Below are positions 5,435 to 6,013 of a stretch of 6,013 nucleotides of DNA, one piece after another. How positions within the stretch are numbered: position 1 is the stretch's first letter; each line of letters begins with the position of its first letter. The stretch lies in assembly GCA_037147375.1 (NCBI GenBank), contig JBAWVI010000060.1, positions 1 to 6,013 of the forward strand, written 5' to 3'. This DNA is from an archaeon (GTDB lineage Archaea > Iainarchaeota > Iainarchaeia > Iainarchaeales > CSSED10-239). The notes beneath the pieces were generated by a model. It saw only the letters and a program-made list of their open reading frames with translations, was not told the origin of the DNA and searched no databases. A program made the position numbers and the translations under genes.

Positions 5435-6013
5435 TTATTTCACATTGAAATTGTACTCTCTATCTTGATCTGATTTTTCTTTGAGCTTACCTCTAAAATC
5501 ATCTAAACTCTTATACCCTTTCTTTTGCATTAGCTCTTTTAACTCATTTGATATTCTATTAAATGCATTTGGTCCTTCTTTTGCATATGTGGTTGCAATC
5601 TGAACCATGTCTGCTCCTGCAAGAATAAATTCAAACACATCTGTTCCAGTTCTTATTCCACCACATCCAATTATCTTAACTTTATTATTTAAAAGTTGAG
5701 AGAAACCAAACACATTTCCTAAAGCAATTGGTTTAATAAAATCTCCACCAAGTCCTCCAAGTCCTTTCTTTGGTTTAATAACTGCTTCTTCTTTTTCTGG
5801 ATCGATGACTAAGCAATTACCAACTGAATTAATTAGAACTGCAAAATCAATCTTAGTATCTATAAGAATATCTGCAATCTGCTTTTGATGGACTTGATCA
5901 AGATATGGTGGTAATTTAACAGCAATTGGTTTATCTGTTAAGTCTCTTGCTGCTTCAAGAACCTCTCTTGAATATTCGAAATAATATCCAGCTTGCGGTT
6001 TTCCAATTATGTT
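5435..6013 (-). CDS. pyrD: Dihydroorotate dehydrogenase, class 1 (1A-like), C-terminal 192 aa; ORF runs off the right edge
   Basis: The track's 92-aa call begins at an internal GTG. The same frame stays open to position 6013: NIIGKPQAGYYFEYSREVLEAARDLTDKPIAVKLPPYLDQVH...LINSVGNCLVIDPEKEEAVIKPKKGLGGLGGDFIKPIALGNVFGFSQLL...IIGCGGIRTGTDVFEFILAGADMVQIATTYAKEGP. NSxGN, GGLGG-x-x-IKP and GxGGI-x-x-G-x-D are DHOD FMN/substrate motifs. GKPQ and VKLPPY resemble class 1A (Lactococcus PyrDa / yeast URA1 type) rather than 1B or class 2. Stop is TAA at 5435-5437. Confidence 0.92.
   Translation of the reverse strand, partial: NIIGKPQAGYYFEYSREVLEAARDLTDKPIAVKLPPYLDQVHQKQIADILIDTKIDFAVLINSVGNCLVIDPEKEEAVIKPKKGLGGLGGDFIKPIALGNVFGFSQLLNNKVKIIGCGGIRTGTDVFEFILAGADMVQIATTYAKEGPNAFNRISNELKELMQKKGYKSLDDFRGKLKEKSDQDREYNFNVK

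Noticed and set aside
5435-5713. 92-aa ORF starting at GTG 5713, read as a stand-alone small gene
   Set aside because: The same frame stays open upstream to the window edge (6013) and continues DHOD homology (NSVGN, GGLGG..IKP). The GTG is an internal Val codon of pyrD.
1-6013. CRISPR arrays, tRNA/rRNA genes, IS elements, integrase or att-like direct repeats flanking the breakpoint
   Set aside because: I found no regularly spaced direct repeats, no GC-rich structured RNA-like segment in the short intergenic regions, and no transposase- or integrase-like ORF. By eye I could not identify duplicated sequence on either side of about 890. A computational repeat search would be needed to exclude short target-site duplications.

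Overview
There are eight coding segments, all on the minus strand, in two compositionally distinct blocks.

**Right block (about 891-6013, roughly 28% G+C by hand count).** It starts with the C-terminal 192 codons of a class-1A-like dihydroorotate dehydrogenase (pyrD, open to the right edge). Next come orotate phosphoribosyltransferase (pyrE), an unusually short dihydroorotase (pyrC) and OMP decarboxylase (pyrF). These four are packed 14-22 nt apart, with strong Shine-Dalgarno sites before pyrE, pyrC and pyrF. A 107-nt AT-rich spacer with a perfect 17-bp palindrome follows, then a 230-aa orphan protein, then an archaeal/eukaryal-type ATP-dependent DNA ligase.

**Left block (1 to about 890, roughly 40% G+C).** It holds the last ~50 codons of a dUTPase. 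Three nt downstream are the first 247 codons of a T4/RB69-like family B DNA polymerase. The supplied ORF track omits this polymerase ORF because it has no stop codon inside the window.

**Key observation.** The ligase reading frame stops looking like ligase just before motif IV. It continues in frame into the dUTPase tail exactly where base composition steps. This is a breakpoint between two unrelated sequences, truncating both genes. It could be an assembly or amplification chimera, or a very recent illegitimate recombination such as a virus capturing cellular DNA that includes a four-gene UMP-synthesis operon. The window alone cannot decide between these.

I saw no rRNA, tRNA, CRISPR array, transposase or integrase.
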